64,000 nucleotides of DNA, taken from assembly GCA_024281375.1 (NCBI GenBank), contig JAJSAD010000052.1:3140-67139 (forward strand). The letters run 5' to 3'. Within the stretch, counting starts at the first letter, position 1; each line of letters opens with the position of its first letter. Positions 36,687-47,479 of this stretch are shown in pieces. This DNA is from Alphaproteobacteria bacterium. GTDB taxonomy: Bacteria; Pseudomonadota; Alphaproteobacteria; Caedimonadales; UBA9215. The position numbers and the translations under genes are program-made. A model generated the notes under the pieces. It was not told the origin of the DNA. It did no database searches and saw nothing but the letters and a program-made list of their open reading frames with translations.

Positions 36687-38282
36687 ATGGTAGCAGGCAT
36701 GAAGACAGAAATTTTGGGGGTGGCAGATGCCGTTGCCCGTGAAAAAGGGATTGATCGTGAGGTCATTATCGAAGCGATGGAAGTCGCCATTCAAAAGGCG
36801 AGCCGTGCAAAGTATGGCCATGATCGTGATGTGCGTACAACTATTGATCGCCAAACCGGTGAAATTATTATGCATGCGTATCGTGAAGTCGTTGAAGAAG
36901 TTGAGAACGAAAGTGCTCAGTTGCTCCTAGAAGATGCACAACGTATCAACCCTGATATTAAAATGGGGGAGTTCATCGTTGATGATTTACCTCCCTTTGA
37001 TTTTGGACGTGTGGCGGCCCAAACGGCCAAGCAAGTGATTTTCCAACAAGTGCGTGAAGCAGAACGGTCTCGTCAATACGAAGAATACAAAGACCGTGTT
37101 GGGGATATCATTAATGGTATTGTGAAACGTGTTGAATTTGGCAATGTGATGGTTGATCTTGGTCAAACTGAAGCCATTATTATGCGTGATAATATGATTC
37201 AACGAGAAGCCGTTCGTGTGGGAGATCGCATTCGCGCCTATGTTGAGGATGTACGACCAGAACCTCGGGGATCTCAGATTTTCCTCAGCCGAACCCATCC
37301 GCAATTTTTGGCAAAACTCTTTGCCCAAGAAGTGCCTGAAATTTATGATGGGCAGATCGAGGTAAAGGCTGTTGCTCGTGATCCTGGTAGCCGTGCGAAA
37401 TTTGCGGTCTATGTGGGTGACAAAAGCATCGATCCAGTCGGAGCGTGTGTTGGTATGCGCGGAAGCCGTGTTCAAAATATCGTTACAGAGCTTCAAGGTG
37501 AAAAAATTGATATTGTGCCTTGGTCTGAAAATCCAGCGGTCTTTATTGTGAATGCCATGGTCCCTGCCGAAGTCTCTAAAGTGATATTGGATGAAGAAGC
37601 CGGTAAGGTTGATGTGATTGTTCCCGATGATCAGTTGAGTCTTGCCATTGGTCGCCGCGGTCAAAATGTGCGTTTAGCGAGCATGCTCACCGGCTGGAGC
37701 TTGGATGTGAGTTCTGAGACTCAGGAATCAGAGCGCCGTGTTGAGGAAGTGAAACGTATTTCGGCGATCTTTATTGAAGCGATGGATATCGATGATGTGA
37801 TCGCGCATTTGTTGATTAGCGAAGGATTTAAGAAGATCGAAGAAATTGCCTTTGTTCCTTTGGATGATCTTGCGAATATTGAAGGGTTTGAAGAAGAGCT
37901 TGCAGAGGAACTTCAAAATCGTGCAAAGGCCTATGTTCAGGTTATTGAAGATAAACATAAAGCCATTTTGAAAAAGCTTGGTGTTGCTGATGATTTGGCT
38001 AACTTTGAGGCCTTATCTAAGGAACAAATTGTTGCTCTTGGGGGTAAAGACATTAAAACCCTTGATGATTTTGCAGACCTTGCGGGGGATGAATTGGTCG
38101 ATCTTCTTGATAATTTATCTGTTCGGGATGCCAATGCCCTCATCATGAAGGCCCGTGAACATTGGTTTGCAGAGGAAGATGCTGCAAAAGCAGCCGCTGA
38201 GGCTGAGGCCGCTGCTGTTGAAGAGAAAACGGACACAAAGACCGACACAGAGGTTGAAACCTCTAAAGCTGATGAGGCTTAG
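36687..38282 (+). CDS. nusA: Transcription termination/antitermination factor NusA
   Basis: 531 aa with NusA-N, S1, two KH domains (IDPVGACVGMRGSRVQNI, AIGRRGQNVRLAS) and a C-terminal acidic repeat region. Confidence 0.95.
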   Translation: MVAGMKTEILGVADAVAREKGIDREVIIEAMEVAIQKASRAKYGHDRDVRTTIDRQTGEIIMHAYREVVEEVENESAQLLLEDAQRINPDIKMGEFIVDDLPPFDFGRVAAQTAKQVIFQQVREAERSRQYEEYKDRVGDIINGIVKRVEFGNVMVDLGQTEAIIMRDNMIQREAVRVGDRIRAYVEDVRPEPRGSQIFLSRTHPQFLAKLFAQEVPEIYDGQIEVKAVARDPGSRAKFAVYVGDKSIDPVGACVGMRGSRVQNIVTELQGEKIDIVPWSENPAVFIVNAMVPAEVSKVILDEEAGKVDVIVPDDQLSLAIGRRGQNVRLASMLTGWSLDVSSETQESERRVEEVKRISAIFIEAMDIDDVIAHLLISEGFKKIEEIAFVPLDDLANIEGFEEELAEELQNRAKAYVQVIEDKHKAILKKLGVADDLANFEALSKEQIVALGGKDIKTLDDFADLAGDELVDLLDNLSVRDANALIMKAREHWFAEEDAAKAAAEAEAAAVEEKTDTKTDTEVETSKADEA

Positions 38283-38387
38283 GGAGGTGCTCCTTCCCCT
38301 TTGCCCTTGGTTGGTTTGCATTCCCACGGATAGTGCGGTATGTATGGTGATGAAAATGTAACTATTAAAGCGTTTAAGAGAGAAAAA

Positions 38388-40904
38388 ATGGCGGATAAAG
38401 AAAACCAGACAGGTCAAAAAAAGACATTAAGTCTTTCCTCTAAGAAATTAGAGCTGACAAAAACTGTTGATGCAGGAAAAATTCGCCAGAGTTTCTCCCA
38501 TGGACGCAGTAAGGCTGTGACCTTTGAGGTCAAGAAAAAGCGTGTTATTGGTGGCGCGAGTGAGGCCTCAAAAGATGTCGCTCTGAGTGAGTCTGAGCTT
38601 GAAAAACGCAAACGTATCCTTGAGATGGCCCAGGCTGGGGATGCCGAAAAAGCAAAAGAACAACAGATTCTTGCGGACATGGATGTTAAACGGTCTCAAG
38701 CCTTAACGGATCGCCAAGCCCAAGAAAATCAAGAAGCGGAAGAAGAAGCTGCAAAAGAAGCTGAAAAGAAGACCGCTGAAGCTAAACGCCTTGAGGAAGA
38801 AGAAGCTAAAAAAGAAGCCGATCAGGCTATCGCGCAACAACAAGCTGCAGCTCAACCCATTCAACCAGATGATGATTCGCCTGCAACGGGTCCCCTTGCC
38901 GGTGGCCGTGTTAAGTCAGCTACAGAAAAGCACGATGGTGATGCGGACTCTAATGCCCATGGCAAAAAAGATCGTAAAACCCTGTCGTTGGGTAAGAAAA
39001 ACAAGCATAAACCTGTTGTATATTCCGTGCAAGATGCCATGGCGACGGGAGATGACCTTGGCCCTCAACGTAGTGATGCGGCACGACGCCGTGCCCGTGA
39101 AAAGAAACTTGCCCAACGAATTGATCCCGCTGATAGTAAGCCCCAAGTGCGTGATGTTGTGGTGCCGGAGGTTATCACAGTTCAAGAACTTGCAAACCGT
39201 ATGGCTGTTCGTGCGGGTGAGATCATCAAAAAATTGATGAGTCTTGGGGTGATGGCAACCTTGAATCAGAACATTGATGCCGATACAGCCGAGCTTATCG
39301 TGACAGAATTTGGTCATAAGATTGTGCGTGTCTCTGATGCTGATGTCGAGGAAGGATTAATTCCCGATGACGATCCTAAAAAACTTCAAAAACCGCGGGC
39401 TCCTGTTGTGACTGTGATGGGCCATGTTGATCATGGTAAAACATCCTTGCTAGATGCGATTCGCAAAACCGATGTTGTGGCTGGTGAATCCGGGGGTATC
39501 ACTCAACATATTGGGGCTTACCAAGTCACTCTTGCTGGTGATAAAAAAATTACCTTTATTGATACACCGGGGCATGCGGCGTTTTCTGAAATGCGGGCTC
39601 GAGGAGCGGAGGTTACTGATGTTGTGATCCTTGTGGTGGCGGCTGACGATGGTATTAAAGAACAAACCGTTGAAGCCATTAACCACGCAAAGGCTGCTGG
39701 TGTTCCTATTATTATTGCTATTAATAAGATGGATAAACCGGGTGCAGACCCCAATCGTGTGCGCAATGAACTGTTGACCCATGAACTTGTCACCGAGGAA
39801 ATGGGGGGTGATATTCAAACCGTTGAGGTCTCTGCAAAAGAAGGCTTGAATATTGATAAACTTGAAGAAGCTGTTTTATTACAAGCTGAAATTCTTGAGC
39901 TTGCTGCTAATCCTGACCGTGGTGCCATTGGCTCTGTTGTTGAATCTCGTGTTGAAAAAGGCCGCGGGTCCGTTGCAACGGTTTTAGTTCAACGGGGGAC
40001 TCTTAAGGTTGGAGACATTTTTGTTTCGGGAGCACAGTGGGGTAAAGTTCGAGCGCTTATTGATGATAAAGGCAAGCACATTAAAACGGCTGGCCCGTCG
40101 ACACCCGTTGAGGTTCTTGGTTTTTCCGGAGCCCCATTGCCGGGTGATTCCTTTATTGTGGTGGAGGACGAGGCCCGTGCCCGTGATGTGGCCGGCTACC
40201 GTGCTCAAAAAGAAAAAGATCGCAAAGCTATTCAAATGCGTAAAGCCTCTATGGATTTGTTGATGGCGGGAACATCAGACGCAGAACGTAAGACACTTTC
40301 GGTGATTATTAAGTCTGATGTGCAAGGATCCGTTGAAGCGATCGTCGGGAGTTTTGATAAAATTCCCAGTGATGAAGTTGAAATTCGTGTGCTTCATACG
40401 GGTGTGGGGGCTATTAACGAAAGTGATATCACATTAGCGCAAACCACCAACGCCTTTATTATTGGCTTTAATGTGCGTTCTAACCCTCAGGCTCGGATAT
40501 TAGCAACGAAAGAGAATATTGAAATTCGTTATTACTCCATTATTTATGATGTCATTGATGACGTTAAGACAATTGTGAGTGGTTTGTTAACTCCTGAAAA
40601 ACGAGAAGACTTCCTTGGATATGCTGAAATTCGTGAGGTCTTTAACATCACCAAGGTGGGCAAGGTTGCGGGTTGTTATGTGACGAGCGGTGTTGTTAAA
40701 CGGGGGGCAAAAGTACGTCTTCTTCGTGATAATGTTGTGATCCATGAAGGAGCCCTAAGGACTTTGAAACGCTTTAAGGATGAAGTTAAGGAAGTTAAGG
40801 AGTCCTATGAATGTGGGATGGCCTTTGAGAATTATAATGATATTCACCCTAAAGATGTGATAGAGTGCTTTGAAGTTCAAGAAATTGCAAGAACAATTGA
40901 CTGA
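38388..40904 (+). CDS. infB: Translation initiation factor IF-2
   Basis: G domain [21 protein letters not shown] and NKMD. I prefer the start at [16 protein letters not shown] (ATG 38388) because it resembles typical IF-2 N-termini. The track ORF starts at 38340. Confidence 0.95.
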   Translation: MADKENQTGQKKTLSLSSKKLELTKTVDAGKIRQSFSHGRSKAVTFEVKKKRVIGGASEASKDVALSESELEKRKRILEMAQAGDAEKAKEQQILADMDVKRSQALTDRQAQENQEAEEEAAKEAEKKTAEAKRLEEEEAKKEADQAIAQQQAAAQPIQPDDDSPATGPLAGGRVKSATEKHDGDADSNAHGKKDRKTLSLGKKNKHKPVVYSVQDAMATGDDLGPQRSDAARRRAREKKLAQRIDPADSKPQVRDVVVPEVITVQELANRMAVRAGEIIKKLMSLGVMATLNQNIDADTAELIVTEFGHKIVRVSDADVEEGLIPDDDPKKLQKPRAPVVTVMGHVDHGKTSLLDAIRKTDVVAGESGGITQHIGAYQVTLAGDKKITFIDTPGHAAFSEMRARGAEVTDVVILVVAADDGIKEQTVEAINHAKAAGVPIIIAINKMDKPGADPNRVRNELLTHELVTEEMGGDIQTVEVSAKEGLNIDKLEEAVLLQAEILELAANPDRGAIGSVVESRVEKGRGSVATVLVQRGTLKVGDIFVSGAQWGKVRALIDDKGKHIKTAGPSTPVEVLGFSGAPLPGDSFIVVEDEARARDVAGYRAQKEKDRKAIQMRKASMDLLMAGTSDAERKTLSVIIKSDVQGSVEAIVGSFDKIPSDEVEIRVLHTGVGAINESDITLAQTTNAFIIGFNVRSNPQARILATKENIEIRYYSIIYDVIDDVKTIVSGLLTPEKREDFLGYAEIREVFNITKVGKVAGCYVTSGVVKRGAKVRLLRDNVVIHEGALRTLKRFKDEVKEVKESYECGMAFENYNDIHPKDVIECFEVQEIARTID

Positions 40905-40936
40905 TTTTAAAGTATATTTAGTAGGAAATACTCTAA

Positions 40937-41380
40937 ATGACAACATTTTCAAAAACGCCAACGGGCCCCAGTCAACGCCAATTGAAGGTTGGGGAGCAAA
41001 TTCGTCACATCATGAGTGAGGTGTTAGCACGCTCTGACTTCCATAATGAGGTGTTGGCCCGTGCCCATGTGTGTATTGGGGAAGTGCGTATGAGTCCTGA
41101 TTTGCGTCATGCCCGTGCTTATATCACCTCCTTGATGGGGGAAAGTATGAGCGAAGCCGTTAAGGCTCTTAATGAAAATGAGTATCACTTTCGCAAAACT
41201 CTCTCTCAAGAACTCACCATGAAATTTTTGCCCAAAGTGTGTTTTGTGGAAGATGATTCTTTTCATGAAGCCAATAAAATTAATGCTCTTTTTACATCGG
41301 ATCGTGTCTCTCGAGATTTAGATGCCGAAACCGATAGCGTGGAATCTTCTTATAGTCGTTTCAAAAATGTTGCAGACTAA
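40937..41380 (+). CDS. rbfA: Ribosome-binding factor A
   Basis: QRQLKVGEQIRHIMSEVL...VCIGEVRMSPDLRHARAY...L......R..L......K..P...F..D matches the RbfA family. Confidence 0.85.
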   Translation: MTTFSKTPTGPSQRQLKVGEQIRHIMSEVLARSDFHNEVLARAHVCIGEVRMSPDLRHARAYITSLMGESMSEAVKALNENEYHFRKTLSQELTMKFLPKVCFVEDDSFHEANKINALFTSDRVSRDLDAETDSVESSYSRFKNVAD

Positions 41381-41439
41381 GAAAGAGCGCCTGACAATTA
41401 TAGAAACAGTCTGTGGAACAACTCATCTCCCTTTTTTAA

Positions 41440-41700
41440 ATCCTCGACTTTTCCCTTTAAAATTCCTCCCTCCCTCCCTGTTTCATTTTTCTGAAAAAGG
41501 ACTTTTCATTACATCTATTTTTCTCCCCCTCTCCCTAAAACTCCCTATCTTCTTTACGATATTTTTGACAAAAAGGCATCTATTGTCAATATTTTGGACT
41601 ATTAGTCAAAAATTAGGACGGAATAGGCAAACTATTTTAGAGAGGGAAAGAATTTTCCCAAGAAGAAAAGAAGGGACAAAAACAAAAGATCTTTTGGGGG
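41440..41700. repeat. Copy 2 of the purine/pyrimidine-skewed palindromic intergenic element (boundaries approximate)
   Basis: The core TATTTTTGACAAAAAGGCATCTATTGTCA...ATTAGTCAAAAAT (41560-41613) matches 10804-10847. The left arm is pyrimidine-rich (CTCCCTCCCTCCC, TTCTCCCCCTCTCCCTAAAA) and the right arm is its purine-rich mirror (TTTTAGAGAGGGAAAGAATTTT...AGAAGGGA). It fills the unusually long 365-nt rbfA-truB gap. Confidence 0.65.
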
Positions 41701-41745
41701 CTACGCACTCACCATCCCTCTCTTTTGCAAAACTAACAGGTAAAT

Positions 41746-42669
41746 ATGCTATCGTTGTTTGAAAACATATCACCCCCTAATGCTTTTCACGGTTGGTTAA
41801 ACGTCTACAAGCCCGTTGGTCCAACGTCTTTTGATGTGGTTAAGCAGGTGCGTCGTTTATTGCCCCGTAAAACCAAGGTCGGTCATGGAGGAACTCTTGA
41901 TCCATTAGCCCACGGCATTTTGCCCATTGCCATTGGAGAGGCAACCAAGACTGTTGATTATCTTATGGATGAGAAAAAAGAGTATATCTTTGAGGTGTGT
42001 TGGGGGGAGGAGCGTACCACTGATGATCTTGAGGGAGAAATCTTACGTAAGTCTTCCAAGCGCCCCATGCAAAAAGAAATTGAACAACTGCTTCCCCAAT
42101 TTACAGGGGTTTTGGATCAACTACCGCCGCTGTATTCCGCTAAGAAGATAGGAGGAAAACGGGCTTGCGATTTAGCCAGAGAAGGCAAAGAGGTTATTTT
42201 AAAGCCCTCAAGGGTGACTGTTTTCGACCTTGAAATTTTGGATTACACTCCCGATAAAGTTAAATTGAGAGCTTTGTGTTCTAAGGGAACATATATTCGT
42301 TCTCTAGCGCGAGACATGGGTCAAGCCCTTGACTGTTATGGATATGCTGCTTCTATTTTGCGCTCCCAAGTCGGGGGAATGTCCTTAGAGGAGGCGATCC
42401 CTTTAGAAAAACTTGCGCTTTTGGAAAAAGACGGTATATTGGGTGAGATGATACGACCCATCCAGGCAGTTCTGGCCGACATCCCGGCTGTTTTGGTTAC
42501 ATCTGAGCAGGAGCAAAAGCTCCGTTATGGTCAAATGGTGGTGTATCAGGTGCCGGATAGTGCCCATGATTCTCTTTACATTTTATGTGTGAATGATCAG
42601 CAAAAAGCCGTTGCCATTGTTGAGGTTTTAGACACTATGTTAAAACCAAAACGTGTATTTAATATTTAA
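41746..42669 (+). CDS. truB: tRNA pseudouridine-55 synthase TruB
   Basis: [17 protein letters not shown], with the catalytic motif [23 protein letters not shown]. Confidence 0.95.
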   Translation: MLSLFENISPPNAFHGWLNVYKPVGPTSFDVVKQVRRLLPRKTKVGHGGTLDPLAHGILPIAIGEATKTVDYLMDEKKEYIFEVCWGEERTTDDLEGEILRKSSKRPMQKEIEQLLPQFTGVLDQLPPLYSAKKIGGKRACDLAREGKEVILKPSRVTVFDLEILDYTPDKVKLRALCSKGTYIRSLARDMGQALDCYGYAASILRSQVGGMSLEEAIPLEKLALLEKDGILGEMIRPIQAVLADIPAVLVTSEQEQKLRYGQMVVYQVPDSAHDSLYILCVNDQQKAVAIVEVLDTMLKPKRVFNI

Positions 42670-42688
42670 TAAATTGAAAGGAATGATG

Positions 42689-42958
42689 ATGTCGATGTTA
42701 CCAGAGCGTAAAAGCGCCCTTATTAAAGAATACGCTACAAAAGAAGGCGATACAGGTTCACCAGAAGTTCAAGTTGCTGTTCTAACGGAACATATTATAA
42801 ATCTAACAGAGCACATGAAAGAACATAAAAAAGATGTTCACTCTCGTCGTGGTCTGTTGATGAAAGTTAACAAGCGTCGTAAGTTGCTTGATTATCTAAA
42901 GAGCAAAGAAGAAAGCCGTTACCAAACTCTTATTAAGAGCTTAGGCCTACGTCGCTAG
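42689..42958 (+). CDS. rpsO: 30S ribosomal protein S15
   Basis: [71 protein letters not shown] is canonical S15 (89 aa). I chose the third ATG. The track ORF starts upstream at 42653, inside the truB 3' end. Confidence 0.95.
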   Translation: MSMLPERKSALIKEYATKEGDTGSPEVQVAVLTEHIINLTEHMKEHKKDVHSRRGLLMKVNKRRKLLDYLKSKEESRYQTLIKSLGLRR

Positions 42959-43036
42959 AATTAATTGTTAGTTTAAGATAATCAACACTCCTTTGGCGTG
43001 TCATTGAAAGAAATAAAAGAAAGGACTTTGAGACAA

Positions 43037-45166
43037 ATGTTCAAAGCTCATAAACAAGAAATACAGTGGGGCGGTCGTACCCTCACCCTGGAAACAGGAA
43101 AAGTTGCACGCCAAAGCGACGGTGCGGTTATTGTGACCTACGGAGAGACATCGATTCTCTGTACGGCGGTGAGTTCTAGAAAAGCGAAAGAAGGCATTGA
43201 TTTTTTCCCTTTATCTGTGCATCACGTTGAAAAATATTATGCTGCTGGTCGTATTCCAGGGGGATTTTTTAAACGTGAAGGCCGTCCGACGGAGCGTGAA
43301 GTTCTGATTTCTCGTCTTATTGACCGCCCTATTCGCCCTCTTTTCCCAGAAGGTTTTCGCAACGAAACACAAGTGATTACCAACTTGTTAAGCCATGACA
43401 TGGAAAATGATCCCGATGTGGTTGCGTTGATTGGAGCCTCTGCGGCTCTTGCCATTGCAGGTGTTCCTTTTGCGGGCCCTGTTGCGGCGGCGAAGGTTGC
43501 TCTGGATGATCAGGGTGCTTTTATTTTAAACCCGACTACGGCCCAAACAAAAGAATCTAACCTTGAATTGATTGTGGCGGGAACAGAAGAAGGTGTGTTG
43601 ATGGTTGAATCTGAAGCCTCCGAGCTTTCAGAAGAAATCATGCTGGATGCCGTTATGTTTGCCCATGAAAGTTTCCAACCGGTTATTGAGGCTATTAATA
43701 AGCTCAAGGCTGATGCTGGTAAAGAAGCTTGGGTTCTTGAGGATACATCAAAAGCTGATGCTGAGGTTTTTAAAAAGGTTCAAAATGCTGGAGAAGATGA
43801 TTTGCGTCAGGCCTATCAAATTCGTATCAAGCAAGACCGTGTTACAGCCATTAATGACGCACGTATGAAAGTCCTAGACGCTGTTGTAGACGCTGATAGC
43901 GATACATTTACGGACAATAAGGTCCTTGCGCAATTCAAAAAGCTTGAGAAAAAAGTTGTCCGGGGCGACATGATCAAGACCAAAAAACGTATTGATGGGC
44001 GTGATCTTGAGACGGTGCGTGATATTAAGTGCGAAGTTAACGTCGTGCCCAGAGCTCATGGTAGTGCTTTGTTTACCCGTGGGGAAACCCAAGCTCTTGT
44101 GATTACAACCTTGGGAACGTCATCTGACGAGCAAATCGTCGATAGTATTGATGGTGAATATCGTGAGCGCTTTATGCTTCATTATAACTTCCCGCCTTAT
44201 TCCGTTGGAGAGGCCGGTCGTTTTGGACCTCCCGGACGCCGTGAAATTGGTCATGGTAAGCTTGCTTGGCGGGCTCTTCATCCCATGATTCCCACAAAAG
44301 AAGAATTTCCGTATACGTTGCGGGTTGTTTCTGAAATTACAGAATCCAATGGGTCCTCCTCTATGGCTACCGTTTGTGGAACATCCTTATCTTTGATGGA
44401 TGCGGGTGTGACCTTGAAAAAGCCCGTTGCAGGTATTGCCATGGGTTTGATCAAAGAAGGCAAAGACTTTATTGTTCTGAGTGATATTCTGGGTGATGAA
44501 GATCATTTAGGGGATATGGACTTTAAGGTTGCTGGGACTGAAGATGGGATTACATCCCTTCAAATGGATATCAAAGTAACCAGTATTACCCGTGATATTA
44601 TGCAACAGGCTTTAAAACAAGCGTTGGATGCACGTGTTCATATTTTGGGTGAGATGGCGAAAGCGTTGACCGATGCTCGGACGGACGTGAGTGATAATGC
44701 GCCTAAAATGCATAAAATCCAAATCAAGAAAGAAAAGATTCGTGATTTGATTGGTCCCGGCGGTAAGATGATTCGCCAAATCTGTGAAGATGCTGATGTT
44801 AAAATCGATATCTCTGAAGAGGGTCTTGTTGAAATTGCAGGAAATTCTTCGGAAGCCATTGATAAAGCCATTGAAATGGTTAATAGCGTTTGTGTTGATC
44901 CAGAAGTGGGCGAGAAGCATCAAGGTAAAGTCATTAAGTTGATGGACTTCGGGGCGATCGTTAGCTTTATGGGTGATAAAACAGGTCTTGTTCACATTAG
45001 CCAACTGAAAAATGAGCGTGTTGAGAAAGTCTCAGACGTTGTGAAAGAAGGCGATGGCGTTTGGGTTAAGATTTTAGAAGTAGATGCCAGAGGTAAAATT
45101 CGCCTCAGCATGAAAGTTTTAGATCAATCCAATGGTGATGAGGTCAAAGCTGAGAGAAAAGCATAG
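43037..45166 (+). CDS. pnp: Polyribonucleotide nucleotidyltransferase (PNPase)
   Basis: Two RNase PH domains, KH and S1. I chose the start at [31 protein letters not shown] (ATG 43037). The track start at 42998 is GTG. Confidence 0.95.
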   Translation: MFKAHKQEIQWGGRTLTLETGKVARQSDGAVIVTYGETSILCTAVSSRKAKEGIDFFPLSVHHVEKYYAAGRIPGGFFKREGRPTEREVLISRLIDRPIRPLFPEGFRNETQVITNLLSHDMENDPDVVALIGASAALAIAGVPFAGPVAAAKVALDDQGAFILNPTTAQTKESNLELIVAGTEEGVLMVESEASELSEEIMLDAVMFAHESFQPVIEAINKLKADAGKEAWVLEDTSKADAEVFKKVQNAGEDDLRQAYQIRIKQDRVTAINDARMKVLDAVVDADSDTFTDNKVLAQFKKLEKKVVRGDMIKTKKRIDGRDLETVRDIKCEVNVVPRAHGSALFTRGETQALVITTLGTSSDEQIVDSIDGEYRERFMLHYNFPPYSVGEAGRFGPPGRREIGHGKLAWRALHPMIPTKEEFPYTLRVVSEITESNGSSSMATVCGTSLSLMDAGVTLKKPVAGIAMGLIKEGKDFIVLSDILGDEDHLGDMDFKVAGTEDGITSLQMDIKVTSITRDIMQQALKQALDARVHILGEMAKALTDARTDVSDNAPKMHKIQIKKEKIRDLIGPGGKMIRQICEDADVKIDISEEGLVEIAGNSSEAIDKAIEMVNSVCVDPEVGEKHQGKVIKLMDFGAIVSFMGDKTGLVHISQLKNERVEKVSDVVKEGDGVWVKILEVDARGKIRLSMKVLDQSNGDEVKAERKA

Positions 45167-45194
45167 TTGTTTTAAAAGTGCGTAATAACAAAAT

Positions 45195-45245
45195 AATCGG
45201 CAGGGTAATCTTTTGTAGTGAGAGAGGATATATCTGCCGATTTTT
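45195..45245 (+). terminator. Possible pnp terminator (long-loop hairpin plus T-tract)
   Basis: AATCGGCAG (45195-45203) pairs with CTGCCGATT (45234-45242), followed by TTT. The 30-nt loop makes this weaker than a canonical terminator. Confidence 0.35.
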
Positions 45246-45276
45246 ATGATGATAAAAATAAAATAGAGATAAGCCC

Positions 45277-46680
45277 ATGAAATCTTTGAATTCTATCCTA
45301 ATTGGTGCTAAGGAATATTTACCTTTAATCGAAGGTGGTAAGGGTGTTGCGATTTCCACAGGACAAACAACAGGAGCCTGGGCTGCGGCTGGCGGTATTG
45401 GGACATTTTCTGCGGTGAATGCGGATTCATATGACGAAAACGGTGAATCTTTGCCTGTGGTGGATTATGGTAAAACACGTCGTGAGCGCCATGAAGAACT
45501 TATTAAGATGGCTATTAAAGGCGGTATAGAACAGGCTAAAATTGCCTATGAAATGGCAAAAGGACGCGGGCGTATTCATATGAATGTCCTTTGGGAAATG
45601 GGAGCCTGCGAGCGAATTCTCCACGGTGTTATGGAAAAAGTTCAAGACCTTGTTGAGGGCGTGACCTGTGGGGCTGGGATGCCCTATAGGGTTGGGGAAA
45701 TTTGTGCGAAGTATAAAACCCATTACCTGCCTATTGTTTCCTCGGCCCGTGCCTTTCGTGCCCTTTGGAAGCGTTCTTACCACAAGGTTCCTGAGTGGCT
45801 CGGGGGGGTTGTCTACGAAGACCCCTGGCTTGCAGGCGGGCACAATGGTTTGAGCAATAGTGAAAACCCTAAAGAACCTCAATCTCCCTATGACCGCGTG
45901 CGTCAGTTGCGCTCTATGATGCGTGATCTGGGCCTGGGCATGGTTCCCATTATTATGGCTGGTGGTGTGTGGTGCCTTAGTGAATGGCAAGATTGGATTG
46001 ATAATCCTGAGCTTGGCCCCATTGCGTTTCAGTTTGGGACGCGTCCTCTTTTAACTCAAGAAAGCCCTATTTCCGATGCGTGGAAAAAGCGTCTTATGAC
46101 TCTAAAAGAGGGGGATATCATGTTGAATAAGTTTAGCCCCACGGGTTTTTATTCCTCTGCTGTCTTGAACCCTTTCTTAAAAGATTTGGTCGCGCGTTCC
46201 GAACGCCAAGTGGCCTATAGTACAAAGTCCGGTGTCAACGAAGCTCACACGGCTGAGTATTTAATAGGGGTGCGACAGCGATCTATTTATATGACCCCTC
46301 AAGATCGCGCAAAAGTGTCTGAGTGGGAAGCTGTTGGGTTTAGTGAACCTATGCGTACGCCTGATGGCACTCTGGTGTTTGTGACACCTGACCAAGCTAA
46401 AACAATTCATCAAGATCAAGTGGATTGTATGGGATGTTTGAGTTCCTGCGGCTTTAGTAACTGGTCTCAAAATGAGTCCGGCACAACGGGTCGCAAAGCG
46501 GATCCACGATCGTTTTGTATTCAAAAAAGTTTGCAGGATATTTCCCATGGGGGATCCCTTGATCATAATTTGATGTTCGCAGGTCATCAGGCCTATCGTT
46601 TTGCAACGGATCCTTTCTATGCTAACGAGACTATTCCAACGGTAAAAGAGTTGGTTGATAAAATTCAAACAGGTGCTTAA
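45277..46680 (+). CDS. Nitronate monooxygenase (2-nitropropane dioxygenase) family FMN oxidoreductase, long form
   Basis: 467 aa with TIM-barrel NMO-like motifs GAGMPY, LAGGHNG (xAGGHxG) and PIIMAGGV. The substrate is not inferable. Confidence 0.55.
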   Translation: MKSLNSILIGAKEYLPLIEGGKGVAISTGQTTGAWAAAGGIGTFSAVNADSYDENGESLPVVDYGKTRRERHEELIKMAIKGGIEQAKIAYEMAKGRGRIHMNVLWEMGACERILHGVMEKVQDLVEGVTCGAGMPYRVGEICAKYKTHYLPIVSSARAFRALWKRSYHKVPEWLGGVVYEDPWLAGGHNGLSNSENPKEPQSPYDRVRQLRSMMRDLGLGMVPIIMAGGVWCLSEWQDWIDNPELGPIAFQFGTRPLLTQESPISDAWKKRLMTLKEGDIMLNKFSPTGFYSSAVLNPFLKDLVARSERQVAYSTKSGVNEAHTAEYLIGVRQRSIYMTPQDRAKVSEWEAVGFSEPMRTPDGTLVFVTPDQAKTIHQDQVDCMGCLSSCGFSNWSQNESGTTGRKADPRSFCIQKSLQDISHGGSLDHNLMFAGHQAYRFATDPFYANETIPTVKELVDKIQTGA

Positions 46681-46712
46681 TATAAATTGAAACAAGGAGA
46701 AGGAGAAAAATA

Positions 46713-47249
46713 ATGTTAACAGTTGGTGATAAATTTCCAAGTTACGACCTCACAGGTGTAACCTCTAATGATATGGATGGTTTTAAGCCCTTTAATAATG
46801 AAATAAATGCTGACAAATGGAAAGTTTATTTCTTTTGGCCAAAGGATTTTACCTTTATTTGCCCAACGGAAATTGAAGCTTTCGGAGCCTTAACCGCTGA
46901 GTTTGCGGGAGCAAAAGCTGTTGTTTACGGGGTGAGCACAGATTCTGATTTTGTTCATTTAGCCTGGCGTAAAAGTCATCCAGGGTTGAACAATCTTCCC
47001 TTCCCGATGCTTTCTGATATTACTCGGGAGCTTTCTTGGGAATTGGGTATTCTTCATCGTGATGAAGGTGTTTGCTTGCGTGCAACTTATATCGTTGACC
47101 CAGAAGGCATGATTCGTCATGTGAGCGTGAATGATTTAAGTGTGGGTCGTAGTCCTGAGGAGACATTACGTATTCTAAAAGGTCTTCAAAATGGGGGCCT
47201 CATGCCTTGTAATTGGCGACCAGGTCAAAAACCTTTAGAAGTCGCTTAG
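46713..47249 (+). CDS. 2-Cys peroxiredoxin (AhpC/Tsa family)
   Basis: Peroxidatic Cys motif FFWPKDFTFICPTEI and resolving Cys in GGLMPCNWRPG. Confidence 0.9.
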   Translation: MLTVGDKFPSYDLTGVTSNDMDGFKPFNNEINADKWKVYFFWPKDFTFICPTEIEAFGALTAEFAGAKAVVYGVSTDSDFVHLAWRKSHPGLNNLPFPMLSDITRELSWELGILHRDEGVCLRATYIVDPEGMIRHVSVNDLSVGRSPEETLRILKGLQNGGLMPCNWRPGQKPLEVA

Positions 47250-47269
47250 GCACTAAGCTCTTTTAAAAC

Positions 47270-47299
47270 AAAGCCTCTAAAATTTTTTAGGGGCTTTTG
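47270..47299 (+). terminator. Rho-independent terminator of the peroxiredoxin gene
   Basis: AAAGCCTCTAAAA pairs with TTTTAGGGGCTTT (13-bp stem, one G-U) followed by T residues. Confidence 0.6.
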
Positions 47300-47300
47300 T

Positions 47301-47406
47301 TATAGTCATTCCAAAAAAGTCCCAGACGTCGTCATTCGCTCCTAAACTATAAGGCATAGTCGTCGACCCCTCTTTCCTAGACTGGAACCTTTTTGGAATG
47401 ACTATA
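47301..47406. repeat. 106-bp element bounded by perfect 17-bp terminal inverted repeats (MITE/REP-like)
   Basis: TATAGTCATTCCAAAAA (47301-47317) is the exact reverse complement of TTTTTGGAATGACTATA (47390-47406). The adjoining inner sequence continues as an imperfect palindrome (GTCCCAGAC / GTCTAGGAAA...CTGGAAC). There is no coding capacity. Confidence 0.7.
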
Positions 47407-47479
47407 TTTTAGGATTTACCTTTCCTTAATGTTTTTCACCTATACTTGAGGGAGTATGGATCAGAAATGAAATAGGCAC

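Noticed and set aside
36987-37664. A 225-aa ORF antisense to nusA. Similar long antisense ORFs lie at 45427..45990, 46261..46740, 8990..9382, 18612..19055, 38916..39317, 44612..45004 and 50255..50824.
   Set aside because: Each lies entirely inside, and opposite to, a confidently identified conserved gene. The translations are low-complexity or Arg/His/Asn-rich with no family resemblance. These are typical shadow ORFs.
41322-41762. A 146-aa ORF spanning the rbfA-truB gap.
   Set aside because: It begins inside rbfA and is a translation of the repeat's pyrimidine-rich arm (FLPPSLFHF..FLPLSLKLPIFF). It is better explained as a non-coding palindromic element.
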